From the human T2T-CHM13v2.0 reference genome, Homo sapiens: a DNA stretch of 64,000 nt. The stretch lies in assembly GCF_009914755.1 (NCBI RefSeq), contig NC_060926.1. One strand, written 5' to 3'. Made by a program: the position numbers and the translations under genes. Of this stretch, positions 30,390 to 45,032 are shown one piece after another. Under the pieces are notes generated by a model that was given only the letters and a program-made list of their open reading frames with translations, was not told the DNA's origin and did not search any database. Each line of letters opens with the position of its first letter. Position 1 is the stretch's first letter.

Positions 30390-30790
30390 GGTAGAGACTG
30401 GGTCGTTGTTCGTGAACCTCATTTTCTTTTCTTCCTGGTCACACAGCCAGATATTTCCCAGTCACTCTTCAAGGTAGGTGTGGCCACGGGGCTGAGTTCT
30501 GGCCAGTGCAATGTAGTTGGAAGTAACAGCTGTCACTTCCAGCCCCAGCTCTCAGCCTCTCACTCTTTTCCCTTCTCTGCTGGACTCAACAGATGATCTC
30601 ACAGGGGTTTCTAAGGTCCAGGGGATACCAGAAATACAGCATGGAGCAGACTGGGCCCTTGAATCCCAAGTGAATAGCTGCCTGCTGAACGCCCACATTC
30701 AACTGGGCATGAGCAAGAAATAGACTGTTTTTGCATTAATTCTCAGAGATAAGGGTTGTTTGTCAGAGTCCAGCCTGCCCTCTTACAGAT
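30390..30790 (+). mobile_element. Old MaLR LTR, MLT1J-like
   Basis: ATTTCCCAG...TAGGTGTGGCCAC...TGAGTTCTGGCCAGTG...GTCACTTCCAG. Confidence 0.65.
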
Positions 30791-30936
30791 ACAGCCTTCA
30801 GGCACTTGCATGGGCACATGATCCTTTTTATTTTCACTGGGTCCTTCTGAGGCACAGAGATTTGCCCAAGTCCTATGGTTGATGTTTGATTAAGCTGGAA
30901 CCAATCCTCCAGTCCCATAGAATCTCTGACAGAGAG

Positions 30937-31083
30937 TTTTTTTTTGGAGGCGGGGTTTTTCTCTGTCTTCCAGGCTGGAGTGCAGTGGTGTGATTACAGC
31001 CCACTACAGCCTGGGCTCAAGTGATCCTCTCACCTCAGCCTCCTGAGTAGCTGGGATGACGGGTGTGAGTCATTGCACCTGAC
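30937..31083 (-). mobile_element. Alu monomer (FRAM/FAM-like)
   Basis: Single arm: CCAGGCTGGAGTGCAGTGG...GGGCTCAAGTGATCCTC...CTGAGTAGCTGGGA. Confidence 0.8.
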
Positions 31084-31519
31084 GCCGTGATCAGTAGATT
31101 AATGAGTATAATTCTATAAGCACCTTTGCATGAGCTCTGTGTGTGCAGGTACTATGCTAGATACTGGCAACACAGAGGTAATTGATCCCCAAAGATCATT
31201 TAGTTCAGCTGCACAGAATTCTTAAGTTATATCTGTAATAGTGTGCAAAATTAAATACTTTCCCGAACCAGGCAGTAATATCAATGTGTAAATTAGGCTG
31301 AGCATGGAGTAGGAGGGTCTTCAAGAAACTGAAGAGTGGAGACATCAGCCAAAGGTGTTTAAATAAAAAATCTCAAAACACCATGCTGGCTTAGCAAAGC
31401 ACATCTTTGGGTTGGATTCAGTGCACTGGCTCTCAGTTTGTGATCCCTGCTCTGCAGCACCTCTGGAGTGGTCCTGTGGTCATTGAGTTACATGCCATTA
31501 TAACAGCAACTGCTTAGAG

Positions 31520-31900
31520 TAGACCTGTGATCTCAGGCCAATTGGAAACCTCAAGATTCAATTCCAAGACTTTTGTTTGTACCGTCTGAAAAGTGGACAA
31601 TCTTTTCCCCATTTTTGTTGCATGTGAGATGATGGTAGTTCTGGCTGCTGTGACCATCTTGCAACCATGAGTGGAGGCAAGATCCTTATGTTTGAGAGTA
31701 AAGTCCAGAGGGAGAAGGCTGAAACCAAGAAGCACAGAGACAGAAGCCAAGTCTTGGTGGTGTCACCTGAGCCCTTGATCAAGCTGCTGCTGAATACAAT
31801 ATGCCCCTACTATTTTAAACTTCCTGAACCGATAAATCCCTTATTTACTTAAGCAAACTTGGGTTGGGTTAGGTTTTTGTTTACTTGCAAACTGGTACAC
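31520..31900 (+). mobile_element. Old MaLR LTR, MLT1K/L-like
   Basis: GACCATCTTGCAACCATGAG...TGAGCCCTTGATCAAGCT...ATAAATCCCTT...CTTAAGC...TACTTGCAA. Confidence 0.6.
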
Positions 31901-33429
31901 TGTTCTCTTTAAAAGGGGAGCTGGTGAATAAAATTTCTCCGACTCCTTAAACACAACAGATGTGCTACAGAGTGGGGCGAAGATCTAGCAACTTCCAAGT
32001 CTGAGTATCCGTGGTGGGACTCAGTGGTTACACTAGAATTACAAAATCTTTTCACATTACTGAAAGAGAAGGTAGCCTGTTGTGAAGAAAAGTCCTCCTA
32101 CACATTTCTGTTTCATCTCTGCAGCATGAAAAGGACGGGACCTGTTGTGTGTCCAGATTTAATGACTTTCTGTTACTTGATCCTAGAAATAGAGTTGTTT
32201 TCAGACAAGAGTCTCCCAATAAAGGAGATTTCTTACCTTCAAAAGAGGGCAAGAAAGGAGCCCAAGATCTAGGATGGTGGCAGCACAGGCAGAAAATCTG
32301 TATTTGATTTTAGGTCCACGTCACCATCTGCCGCGTGGCCGGTGAAGTAACCCTGGTGCTGTGCTACTCATCAATCCACCAATATTTACTGGGCACTGGC
32401 TGTATCAGGAACCATGGGAGGCATGGGGATATTGCAGATTATACCCATCTCCAAGGCTGTTGGGCCCCAGAGACACAGGTTGTTTACTCCTGAGATACAG
32501 CATTACACGGGAACTAATTTTCCATTTGTTTATAGCTTATGGGAAACTGAACAAGAAAGTAATGAATATATTAGAGCCTGGATTATGCATCCTATTCCAG
32601 GATTAAGCAAAAGGTACCCAAGGCAACAAAAGTAAAAACACACACGAATGCAGCCACGGTTCCCAGGACTCCATGCTGATGTGTGTCCAGTCTTGGTTGT
32701 CATAAGAGTTGTAACTTTTGTGTATGTGTAAGGGCTAAAGATGTATAAATTGGGGCTAATCCTTAATCCACAGTCTGTGATTGATCAAAGATGATATGTT
32801 CAAAACAAAGCTCAAAGCTTTCTTCTACTGTATTTTGTGCTCTAGGTGCTTGGATTCCTTGGCCTTTGTGACAGTCTACTTACAACATGCCTATTTGTGG
32901 TCAAATACTATCTTTTATACCCTCTGAGGGAAGAGTAGTTTCATTTATTGTTGTAACTTCCACTGTGCCTAACATCAGGAAGGAAAGACGAAAGGAAGTA
33001 AGGAAGAAAGGAAGAAAGAATGGAGGGAGAAAGACAAGGGTTTTGAGAACATTTAAATAAATATTCTTGCCATTAATGAAGCGGCTATCCATTTCCTTAC
33101 TTTTTACATTCAGAATTCAAATAAAAGAAAATTCTCATCTTGCATTTGTCCACGTTTTGATCCGTAGAGGTGGCTTTCAGTGTGAGAACATCACTCAAGA
33201 TAGGAGAGGCAACGTAGGGCAGAGGAAGGGCCCTACACAGGACCAGAACTTAATCCCTGCTCCAGCACATCATTGATGAGAGGTTTTGAGCAAGTACCTT
33301 AATTTCTCTGAGCCTTAATTTCTTCATTTATAAAATGGGGGCCATAAAACCTGCCTCACAGCATTGCAGAACCAAGTTAGCTAGCATATGTGAAATTGCT
33401 TCATAAATGGTAAAATAAAGTCCCCCATA

Positions 33430-33923
33430 ATCATAAAACTGATTTAACACAAACTTCTTATCTTCCAATTCTGTACTTCAGGAGTTCAGCACAGGTCTCA
33501 TTGGGCTAAAATCAAGGTGTTGGCGGGGCTGCGTTCCTTCTGCAGGCTCTAAGGGGAAATCAATTTCCTTGCTTTTTCCAACATCTAGAGGCTGCCCATA
33601 TTCCTTGGCTTATGGCCTCTTCCTCTGTCCTCAAAGCCAGCCGTGTTGCATCTGTCTGATTCTGCTTCCATTTCTTTCTCTGATACTGAGTCTCCTGTCT
33701 CCCTTTTGCATTGTGATGCCACTGGACCTACCCAGATAGTCCAAAATAATCTCCCTGTTTTAAGATCTGCTGGTTAGCAACCTTAGTGCCGTCTGCAACC
33801 TTAGTGTGGTCTGCATCTGCCGTCTGCAACCTTAATTCCCCTTTCCATGTGACTTGACATATTCACAGGTTCTAGGAATTAGGATGCAGACGTCTTTTGG
33901 GGGCCATTATTCTGTCTACTACA
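33430..33923 (-). mobile_element. MaLR LTR, MLT1D-like
   Basis: GGTCTCATTGGGCTAAAATCAAGGTGTTGGC...GGGGGCCATTATTCTGTCTACTACA. Confidence 0.82.
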
Positions 33924-33924
33924 G

Positions 33925-34226
<302 letters not shown>

Positions 34227-34399
34227 TTCTCAAGAGTCTAACTTTTTTGATGCTCCTCAAAGAAACTGACTACTGGTTCTGATGGTGTTGGTAAGAGTTT
34301 CTACTGCAATTACAGTGAGCGCAGTGATAGTGAGTCAGAAGGAATTGCAACCAGTCTCCCAAGACAGAACTAGAAAGCTTGGCTAATTCTTCCTTTTCT

Positions 34400-35070
34400 T
34401 TCATATCCTATGTCAATCAATCATCCAGGCCTCCTAATGTTTAAAAAAATCATCCCTTCTCTCCATCATCATTATCACTCTCCTCACCTCTTGTTGGGAC
34501 CATATTGTTCCTTTGTTTCCATTCTTGACTTGACCACCAGAGAGACACGGGGCGATCTCCTAAATCCCAAATCTGGCATTGATCTTGTGATAAGCCTGTT
34601 CAGTACTTACGTGTTGCTTGCAAGATAAGTTCCAAAGTCCTCTACCAGGCCATAGAAGTCCCCCTGCCCACCTACTCAATCTCCTGTCCTCCACATACAC
34701 CCCACCCTTTACTCCAAGCTCTAGCCACACCCATCGATTTGCTGATCCTCACCCTGTGTTTTGGTTCATGCTCCTTCAGGAACATGGTGGAGGGGCAGTC
34801 TTTTCTCATTCCCCTGGGCCATGTTGCTGTCCCTTTTGGGGACTCCTATAGAAACAATGCCTACATCCATCAGTAAACCCACTGCGTTTTAATTCTCCAT
34901 TTCTGTATCTTCCTCCTTGGCTATATTGTAACTCCTTTCAAGTAGGCACCGATTCGTATGAATCTTTATAACTTCAGTGCTCTGCATTAGGCCCGTACAT
35001 AGTTGGCACTAAATCACTGCTAGGTTAATGAATGAATTGAGTAATAAACTAAAGAATAAATCAATGAGTA
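34400..35070 (+). mobile_element. L2 LINE 3' remnant
   Basis: GATCTCCTAAATCCCAAATCTG...AAGATAAGTTCCAAAGTCCT...ending ATAGTTGGCACT...AATGAATGAA. Confidence 0.55.
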
Positions 35071-35602
35071 AAAGGAGAAGGTAAATATGAGAGGGTGTGT
35101 CTGAGCACATGAGCCAAGGGAGAATTGCCATTGAGGTCCATGCTCTATGCAGACAGCTGCTTGAGCAGCAGCAACTTGAGAACAGCAAAATGCACTTAGG
35201 GAAAAATCACTGAGACCTTCCATTAAGGTTTGATGTGCAATGATGGTTGGCCATGAACTTGCATAGCAGAACAACAATCCCAGGGAACAGAGTCCTCATG
35301 CAAACAGAGCCTTTCCACACATGAAAAATGTGACGCTTGTTCATCTGACTTTTATTGAGTCCCACCATGTTCCAGTCTCTGCTTCTGGCACTGGGGACAC
35401 ACTGGTGAAAAGGCTAGAAGGGGAGAGAGACCATCAATGATGTGTAACACTGCACTGAAGATACTAATGTCAAGTAGTGCTCAATGCAATAATGAAAAAC
35501 AAGGCAAGCTGATATGACAGAGTGGCTAGGGTGGGGGATGAGCAAGGGCCTCTGGATGATAGAATGGCTGAACAGACACCTGGAAGAAGATAATAATAAT
35601 CA

Positions 35603-35932
<330 letters not shown>

Positions 35933-36219
35933 GATGAGCACTTCAGAATGCTTGCTGTGTGCCACGCACTATTTTGAGTGCTTTATTTGTATTAACTAAT
36001 TAAATATCTCTGAGGATGATGTAAATTTCCATTTGTTACATTTACATTTGCCAAATTGCTACTTAACAAAGAAGAAAACTCTATTTTCTATTTGCACAGA
36101 GAGGTTACCAAGTTCACATAGCCAATGATGAGCAGCGGTCTGACTCTTCAAAGTCCAAACTCAAATCATAATTTATTTGCTGTTAATAATCATATTGATA
36201 ATATTAATAGTTATAATCA

Positions 36220-36460
36220 CAATGGTGAACAGTTCTTAAGAAAAATATTGCTTTGTGTGCTTTACATGGGGTTGACTCATTTAGTTTTCACAAGAACTCT
36301 GGGTAGATACTATTATTATTTTCATTGTTTTCTAGATGAAGAAATAAGCTCAGAGAAGTTACAAAAGTTGCTCAAGATTACACAGGTAAAATGGTGAATT
36401 TGGAATTTTCACCCAGGCAGTCCTCTTTTGAAGCCTGAGCTCTTAACCTCTGCCTTATAC
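36220..36460 (-). mobile_element. MIR SINE (a second antisense MIR lies at ~35940-36160)
   Basis: TAGATACTATTATT...TAGATGAAGAAATAAGCTCAGAGAAGTTA...TTGCTCAAGATTACACAG. Confidence 0.7.
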
Positions 36461-36469
36461 ATTTTTAGG

Positions 36470-37700
36470 CAGCCAGGTACTAGAAGATCTGGGGGAAGGA
36501 GTTGTGATATAAAATGAAAGCACTAAGAGCCCAAGAAGGAATCAAGGGAGAGAGCATAGGGAGACAAGGTCATAGGTTGTTTTAGACAGGGTCATAGGTT
36601 GTTGTAGATCATCATTTGGAGTGGATTGTTGTAGATCATCATAGGGAGTGGGCTGTTGTAGAACATCATAGGGAGTGGGTTACTCTAGATCATCATTTGG
36701 AGTAGGTTGTTTTAGACCATCATAAGGAGTGGGTTGCTGTAGACCGTCATTTGAGTGGGTTGTTGTAAACCACCATAGGGAGTGGGTTGTTGCAGAACAT
36801 CATTTGAAGTGCGTTGTTGGAGATCATCATAGGGAGTGGGTTGTCATAGACCATCATCTGAGGGGGTTGTTGTAGACCATCATCCGAGTGGGTTTTTGTA
36901 GACCATCATAAGGAGTGGGTTGTTGTAGACCATCACCTGAGTGGGTTTTTGTAGACCATCATAGGGAGTGGGTTGTTGTAGACCATCATCTGAGTGGGTT
37001 GTTGTAGACCATCACCTGAGTGGGTTTTTGTAGACCATCATAAGGAGTGGGTTGTTGTAGATCATCATTTGAGTGGGTTGTTGGAGACCATCATTTGAGT
37101 GGGTTGTTGTAGACCATCACGTGCAGTGGGTTGTTGGAGACCATCATGTGCAGTGGGTTGCTGTAGACCATCATTTGGAGTGGTTGTTGTAGACCATCGT
37201 ATGAAGTGGGTTGTGCTGACTACAATGGGAAGCCACCTGTCAGTCTGAAAAGGGGACTGATATAATCCAAGAAGTATTTTGAAAGGATGACTTTGGAAGA
37301 GGGTGTGGAGAATGGATCCTGTGAACAAACTGGAAGCCAACAGACTAGCTAGGAGCTGTCGCCAACTTCTAGAAAAGAGATGGTGGCACCTTGAATGAAG
37401 GAGGTCAGCAGCAGTGACCAGAGAAATGGTCAGATTTGGAATACACTGAATCAGATTTGGAGGCAGAAATGACAAGTTACTGGTGGACTGGGCCAGGGAA
37501 AAAGAGAAGAACCAAAGATGACTCCGGGATACTGGTCTGAGCAATTAGTTGGCCAATAGTGTAATGAGCTGATGTGGGGAAGAGATGCAGGTTTGGATTG
37601 GGGGTGTGGCTTGGAATCAAACACTCTGGGACCTATTAAGTCAGAGGTGCTTATTAGACACAAGAATGGAGACATTAAAGATAATCCTTGGAGATTTCTT
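36470..37700 (-). mobile_element. L2 remnant hosting a minisatellite
   Basis: CAATGGGAAGCCAC, GAGATGGTGGCACCTTGAA, AACCAAAGATGACTCC, AAGTCAGAGGTGCTTATTAGACA. Confidence 0.7.
36596..37214. repeat. Minisatellite, 26-27 bp unit GAGTGGGTTGTTGTAGACCATCAT(AGG/CT/TT), about 23 copies
   Basis: Tandem units read directly; translates as DGLQQPT repeats in spurious ORF 37065..37544. Confidence 0.95.
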
Positions 37701-37889
37701 AAAACATGACTTCTCCCACCTTAAGCTTAAGGTATAGCTTAAGAAGGCAGCTGGAACAGCCTCAACTTCTCTTTGAGCTTCATCTGGGCCAACCTGTCTC
37801 CCTGTACCTCTTACTCTGAGTGACTCTGAGTACGTGCATGTGTGTATGTGTGTGTGCATGTGCACACGTGCGCCTCGTGAGGTTCAGCA

Positions 37890-38130
37890 AAGAGGTTAAG
37901 CAAAAAGACCCTGGAACCAGATGGTCTGGATTTCAAGCCTGCCTCCACCACTCGCCGGTTATGTAACCATGGGTAAATTACTTAATCTGTTTGTGCCTCA
38001 GTTGTAAAATGAGGTTGATGATACCAGTAGTACCAACTCACAGGTTTCTTGGGAGCTTCAGTGAGTCAGTACAGGTAAAACACTTAGAAATGTGCTGACA
38101 TACACCAAGTACTCAACAAATGTTAGCTAA
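37890..38130 (+). mobile_element. MIR SINE
   Basis: GGTTAAG...CATGGGTAAATTACTTAATCTGTTTGTGCCTCAGTT...AAAACACTTAGAA. Confidence 0.8.
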
Positions 38131-39979
38131 CGTCACAGGGGAGTGTGCACCCGTGCACATAAATGTAGAGAGTGTTTGTGACTGGAGAAATGTTAAAAAT
38201 AGAAATTCTTTATTGGATAAATGGTTTAACACCTTCCTGCTTGAGATAGCACTATTAGAGTATGGATATAAGGGGCAAAAGCTGAACAGATCCTTGCTTG
38301 TTGGATACCGCATCAAAACAGACTCGAACCTCCTAATAATAGGTACCTGTTTCTTCCTTACCTAACAGTCTCAATTTTTACAAGACTGAATTCCTTGCAT
38401 GTGGAGTTTTGCCTTAATCATGTCTGAATTTGCAGCCCCCAGCCCAGAGGCTGGCAGCCAGCTGATACCGGACAGGGTTCACAGGGGCCAGCGCTCTGTG
38501 GAGCCCATTCTTCCTCTGGAAAATGTCTTTCCCATCAGGTTACTTTGGGGGCAAATATTCAATTATCTGGGGCTGCTTGGCTGTTTTTGTCTCTGGCATT
38601 TGAACCCATCTCCACTCAGAGACCACTCTGTGGGATGGTAATATTTCTAATAATCCTAATTGTTCATTGCTTTTCATGTTCCCTTTTCCATTACACCTCA
38701 CTGCCCATAGCCTTCATGCTTTTAAGTAGCATTCGGCATCTTCCCTGTCTTGGGATGGGTTTCTCGTCCCCTAGATCAGAAGGAAGATGGAGCAGTTCTG
38801 CTAACCCGAGTGGTCCTGGAATGTGTTTTTCTTCCCATGCCGTTACCACATAAAAGTGGTCAGAAATCACTCAGATCTTATTTTGTCTTCTCAATCCAAG
38901 TTTCGGTAATTCAGATAAAAGGTAAGAAATGGGTTCTTAGTGCCCGGAGCTGTAAACTGGGATAGAGGTCATGTAGGCCAAGGTCATATAGGCCAAATGG
39001 ATGACTATGTGAATTTTTAATATAGAAAATAGTTTCATTTTCTCCCACACTCAAAAGCTGAAGCACCCTTGGGCTGCAGTCAGGGCAAAAATATTTCCTC
39101 AAAAGCCCAGTTCCCCTAACCTCATTTGCTTTGTCTAGTACTTGAATGCAGATATTTAAATGCAGTTTCCTCTGAGCCTCTTTGAAATTATCTACTTTAC
39201 ATTTCATCTCCTCTTTCTAATTCCTTGCTTATCGACATCATTGACAAGCTTGAGTCAAGGAACTTGTCTGACAGTCGAGGGATGTTAACACATTGCTGTT
39301 AAAACACAGTCTTGTATAAGGAGTTTACCTCTGTCTCAGCAGTGGTTCACATTTACTGATTCTTTACTCTTTAGGATGCCCATGCTTTACAGATCTCTGC
39401 AGGCAGTGTTATTGTCAGAGGTGAAGACACTAGGCTTATAGACATTGCCCTGGAACCTGGGCTTTAATACAGGCTGGTTTGCCTCTGGAGACGGAACACT
39501 TAATGACTATGGCATTCTGCTTTACGCTGAAAGATTTAGTATAAAGGCATGGGGAAAATTGTCATTATTCACATTTATGTAGGTGGACATCAAATACTTT
39601 GGTCTTGGAGTCTGCATTATTCTTGGTCCTTGTTAATTGGCATCTCCATTCTCTCTCTCCATCCCTAACTCCATCTACACCTCCACTCTCATCTCCATCT
39701 CTGTCTCTGACTCCATTTCTGTCTCCATCTCTATTTCTGTCTGTATCATCTACTGTTCGTTCTTGTTCCAAGTTCTAGTGTGGGTTCTCGCATGCGAAGC
39801 AACTTGGATACCTGATAGAAAGTTCACTGAAAAGCTTCATGTGGCCCCTTGCACCTGGGATGACTGAGGAAAGCTCCTCATGACCATGAAAGAGTTGAAA
39901 GCTCCTGCTTTGTCCCCTGGGTGTCTTGACTCAGCTCTGCCTTTCTTGTTGCTCTCTTCTAGGCCTCCTGAGCTGAATG

Positions 39980-40720
39980 ACATACCATCCCCCACGAGTC
40001 ATCCACGTGTCCTTCTCCAACTCATCAGCAAATTGTGCCGGCTCTTTACCATCACAACCACCCTAAATCTGATGACATTTCATCACCTCCATGGCCCCAC
40101 CCTAGGAAGTCCAAGCCACACTCATCTCTAGTCTGGACCACTGGGCAACACAGAACTCCACCTGTCCCCCAGTCACCTCCCAGTCACCTGTGTGTGCTGC
40201 AGCCAGAAGGATGGTTTCAAAGACTCACAAAATCACTCCTTTCCCTGCTTAAAACTCCCGGAGGCTTCCCATGATATGCAGAATAAAAGCCAAAATCTGT
40301 ATAAGGGCCTACAAAGTCCTATATAATCTGACTCCTGGCTATTTTCCCACTCATTCTTTCCTCTCTCCACCTCCTTCACTCGGTCCTGGCAAGCCACTCC
40401 AAACTTTCGCCTCTCCTGTCTGCCTGGGCTGCATTTCTCCCCACCAGGTCCTCTTTTCTGGCTCTCTTGTTTCACTCAGGTCCCCCTGCCCACTTCTTAC
40501 CTCTGCAGAAAGACTTCTTCAGAACGTCGATCTGAAAAAACCATCCTGCCGCTGTCTATTCCTTTCCCCTGTCTTAGTTTTTATATTACTTGGCACTATC
40601 TGGCATTTTTGTTTGTTGTCTGTCTGTCCCCCTGTCTGGGATGTGGGCTCCCTGGGGGAAGGGGTGTGATCTGCCATGTTCATTACTGTAGTACCATGCC
40701 TGAAACAGTGTCACAAAAGC
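39980..40720 (+). mobile_element. L2 LINE 3' fragment
   Basis: CACTCCTTTCCCTGCTTAAAACTCC...CAGAATAAAAGCCAAAATC...AAGGGCCTACAAAGTCCTATATAATCTG...ATGCCTGAAACAGTG. Confidence 0.75.
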
Positions 40721-41984
40721 TGTGACAGCAGAAGGACTCATCAACATAAAGCCTGGTAACTTACTTTATACAACACATCAGAGAGAGCCAAAACTCTGCC
40801 CTGGTTCCATCAATGACCCACTAAGATGCCAATTGCTTAATCCTTTGAGCAATATGTTAATTATTAAAGACAGCTGTCATTGGGATACACACCTTAACAT
40901 TCACCACAATTGAGTCTGTTCTGTGCAGTTTCCTTAATATGCTTAAGTACAAAAATTGTATGTCCCCTGAATGTCTTCTGGATAACTGAGAAATGAGGTG
41001 TTTTTCCTACAGTAACTAATCATATCAGAATAGAAACTGAGATCTGTGGTTATTACTGCAAGGCCCCATTCATTCTCTCATGTTCCATTCTCTTCCTTGG
41101 AAAAAGAAGACAGTGGGCAAGAGAAGATCAGCTTTCTTTCACATTTCATGAAGGGATGAAAATAATTTCCTTAAGATAGAGTTCAGAATGGGAACTATAT
41201 CAGGTTAAAAAGAAAGAACAATGATGTTAAAGACATTTATGTAAATACAATAGTAGGATTCATTTATAGTTAGAAAAGAGTAAATCACATTGGTTGACAT
41301 CAAACAAGAGAATAGGAATTGGGATGATCTTATAAAAACCCTCACTTGAATAAAGCAAATTGTGAAAAACTCATTAAAATTACAGCTATTGTAATAGAAT
41401 AAAAGCATCTGTCCTTTTCATATACCCATTAAAATGTCATGTTTTATTATTCAGGCTCATGGAGAGTTTTTTGATTTTATAGCATTGGTAGAAGGATAGT
41501 TCTCTGGGGGTGGTACTGATATTTTGACATTCCCAAATTATTCAATACAAACTTAATCTCTAAAGAGGCATGGAGCTCCATAGATGCCTGGTGAGGTCAC
41601 CCACAATGGACCTGGGAAGATGTGAAGCTTAAATAAGGGGCCCAGGGCAATCTAGCCTGAGGCCAATGGCCGTCTGGCCATTGAACCTTGAACTCAGGAC
41701 TGGAGAAAGAGCTTCTTGCTTGAGGCCAGAAGAGACAGAGAGAGACCAGAGTCTGAAGGAGCTGGCTAGACCTGATTCCATCAGGGAGGGGAGAGTTCCA
41801 GGGACTGGGGAGACTTATGAAGGGCACCAAATCTAGAGGGACCTCTTATCCCCTAGGCACAGAAAGCCCTGGGTTTGCCTGGTGGGCATTCTCTGGACCA
41901 CTCTTCCGGTTCTTGCCTTTCTCCGTGTTGCTGGCCTTGGAGCTGACCGTGGTGCTGACAGGAGTCTGGCGCCTCCTGCGCCCT

Positions 41985-42146
41985 TGCTATCATTGTGTGT
42001 ACTGTGGACCCGCAGCATCGGCTCACCTGGTAAGAGCTTGTCAGACATGGAGAGTCGTAGGTCCCACCTTGTATCTGCTGAACCAGAATCTGCATTCAAC
42101 TAGATTCCCAGATGATTCATATGTACATGAAAGTTTGAGAAGCATT
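41985..42146. mobile_element. MER5A hAT MITE
   Basis: GGACCCGCAGCATCGG...CTGAACCAGAATCTGCATTCAAC...GATTCATATGTACATGAAAGTTTGAGAAGCA. Confidence 0.75.
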
Positions 42147-44656
42147 ATTTATCACTTTTTATTATTCTACTGCAGAATTACTGGGGATGTGAAATGGAGG
42201 GCTGAAGGCAGAAGGGGATTGTTGAAGGTGGGTAGAGTTGCATAGATTTGGTTTATAATGGGATTGATCACTTGAGTGGCTGAGAAGGATTCCATGGTTG
42301 TTTGCAAGTGTGGGCTATGCATGTTGGAAGCACACTTTATGCTAGGAGCTTCCCATCAGGTCATTGCTTCTGGGACCTATAAATGCATTATTTGTACTGT
42401 TCATTTGTAAGCTAGAGGGTCCTATGGATCTCTATGTTAACTTGCACTATATCAGCTAGAAACTTGTCCAGACTCAAAATTATATCAGAGAAGTTGAGGT
42501 ACAGGCCACAGTTTCTATGGAACCGTGTGTTCTTGATGGATGAGTTGCCTAAGTCATAAGCAATGTTGAGTTGGTGAGGTAGTGAAGCAGCCATGCTGTT
42601 GACATAGGAAGTGTAGCCAAGGATCTGCCTTCCTTTTGACTGTCAGTGTATAGGTCACAGAATATTAAAGAGAACAGAGATGGTGAACTGAAGGCTGTAG
42701 TCTGAGAGCAAGGTAATTTTTGAAGACAGCCAGGAAAAGGGTTGGAGCTGCAGTTATGGGACTAAAACAAACAAACAGTGAGGGAGGCCTGGGCCACTGA
42801 GAGGCCTAGAGGGTGTTGTGGCATGGGAGGGAGTAGCTCAGAGGCTGGATACAAGGGCTGTGCACATGTACTGGAGAACTCAAGGGCTTTGTGTGGATGA
42901 GGTGCCACAAGCCTCCTCCTGGGCCATGGCTATGCTTTGGGACCTGCCTGTGTTGCTCATGAAAGCAATGTTCTAGCACTGTGTGCAGGCTTCCTCAGCC
43001 AGTCCACTGTGGTGGAGCAGATGCCCTATACTTACTGCCCTCAGAGCTTTCTTAGCATTCGATATGCCAGGAGCTGGCGTGGTCAGCCCATGGTGTTAGG
43101 CTGAATACACTCACTGGGAAGGACCAGGGTCTTGGCAACAGATTCATTGCATATTTGCGCCTCTGGTGCCATGGTAACCTTTCTTCTTCCTGATGACCTA
43201 CACCTATATTAAAGTTTATAAAACAGTGGCTGGATGGTTGGAGGATGCAGGTGGACAGAAGACGTGGAGCCTGCAGAAGTAAAGGGTAAGTTGTTAATTC
43301 TCCTGGAAAAGGTGAGATCTTGTGTCTCTTACCAGGAGAGGCCAAGAGACAGGGTTATGGGTAGCACCCACTGCACCCTTTGCACAATGGGAGGAAGGAT
43401 GTATGACTTGATGTGCCTCCCAGTTGTGTGTTCATCAGCTGCAATCTGCTCTTCTCAGGAGTTAGTGTCAGGGAGTGTCTGTGCCTCCTGTACAAGGCTT
43501 ATTGTAAAAGACACCTGATGTCCTTGAGTGACCAGAGTTCTAACTTGGGAGTATGTGCCCACCTCCATCAGTTGCTACCAGTGTGTCAAATTCTCTTCTA
43601 CACTTGGCTAGGGCTAAGATTTAGTGAGAGGAGCAGAATGAGCCCTGCCGGTCCTCCTTTTTCTAGTAGTAGGAAGCAGCCTCTTCTTTGCAGTGTGAGC
43701 CAGTGGCCCCTGGACCCTCAACTAGTACCTGAGGCTTCTCTCCTCATCAAGGCCTCAGGGGGAGGCCTGAGCTCCTGCCAAGAAGGTAAGATCAGGACCC
43801 AACCAGAACTCCAGCTTCCTGCATACAGTCAAGAGAGGGAGGCAGGCTCATGGGTGGCTGCGGTGCAGCCTCCACAGGACTCTTCATGGGGGAAGACTCT
43901 TCATGGAATGCCTGGGGTGGGAGGCCTTCCACACTGACCAGAGAGCCTTGTCCCTTCCACCAGCTCCAGTACAGCAAACTCAGCCAGAGAGTGCAGTGCA
44001 GAGTCAGTGGCATCAATGCATTCACATTGCTCTGTAACCATCATCATCATCCACCTACAGTTTGTTCAGTTTTAATGTTTTCTCATGGCACAAAAAATAG
44101 GGAAGCCAAGCTGAGAGTCTGAGTCTGCATATCTAGCTGGAAGTATGCAGAATGGCTCTGCTTATCTTAGTGGGGGAGGAAGGTGTTCAGGGACAAGCAG
44201 GGACAGTGCTGTTAATTCACCTTTGAAACCTGCTTTGAGGAGTAAGTGGCTGAAAAACGTCTGTGTGTGACTGAGGTTGCTCAGGGCAGCCACCTTCTGG
44301 CATTAAAAGATAGTTCAACAATCCAGCATCTTAAAAAAAAAACCAAAACAATTTCTATCTATCTTGCTAGATGAATTGGGCATTTTGTTGCGTCTTGGAT
44401 GAAATGGTAAATATTTACATTATATATGTACACCTCTACTTATATCTCTCTATCTCCATCTCTCTCGCTCCCATTTCATGAGGATGCTTACTTACAGCAA
44501 GGATCCATTCACGTATGATTTTAAGGACTTGCTAAAGATATTTGAATACAACTTGTTCAGGCCAGATCATACATTATCTGCTGTGGATAAAACAAGTTTG
44601 GATTTACAATGAAAATTGAGATAGAACAAAAGACTTGCTTAATAACCAGAAAATGA

Positions 44657-45032
<376 letters not shown>

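Noticed and set aside
36596-37214. Regularly spaced repeats superficially like a CRISPR array; ORF with DGLQQPT repeats
   Set aside because: Head-to-tail units with no unique spacers, in eukaryotic L2 sequence; it is a minisatellite
39640-39750. D/G/R-rich ORF on the minus strand
   Set aside because: Degenerate (TCCATC)n low-complexity sequence
43413-43937. 174-aa ORF upstream of the promoter
   Set aside because: Non-ATG start, no recognisable domain, no clear exon structure
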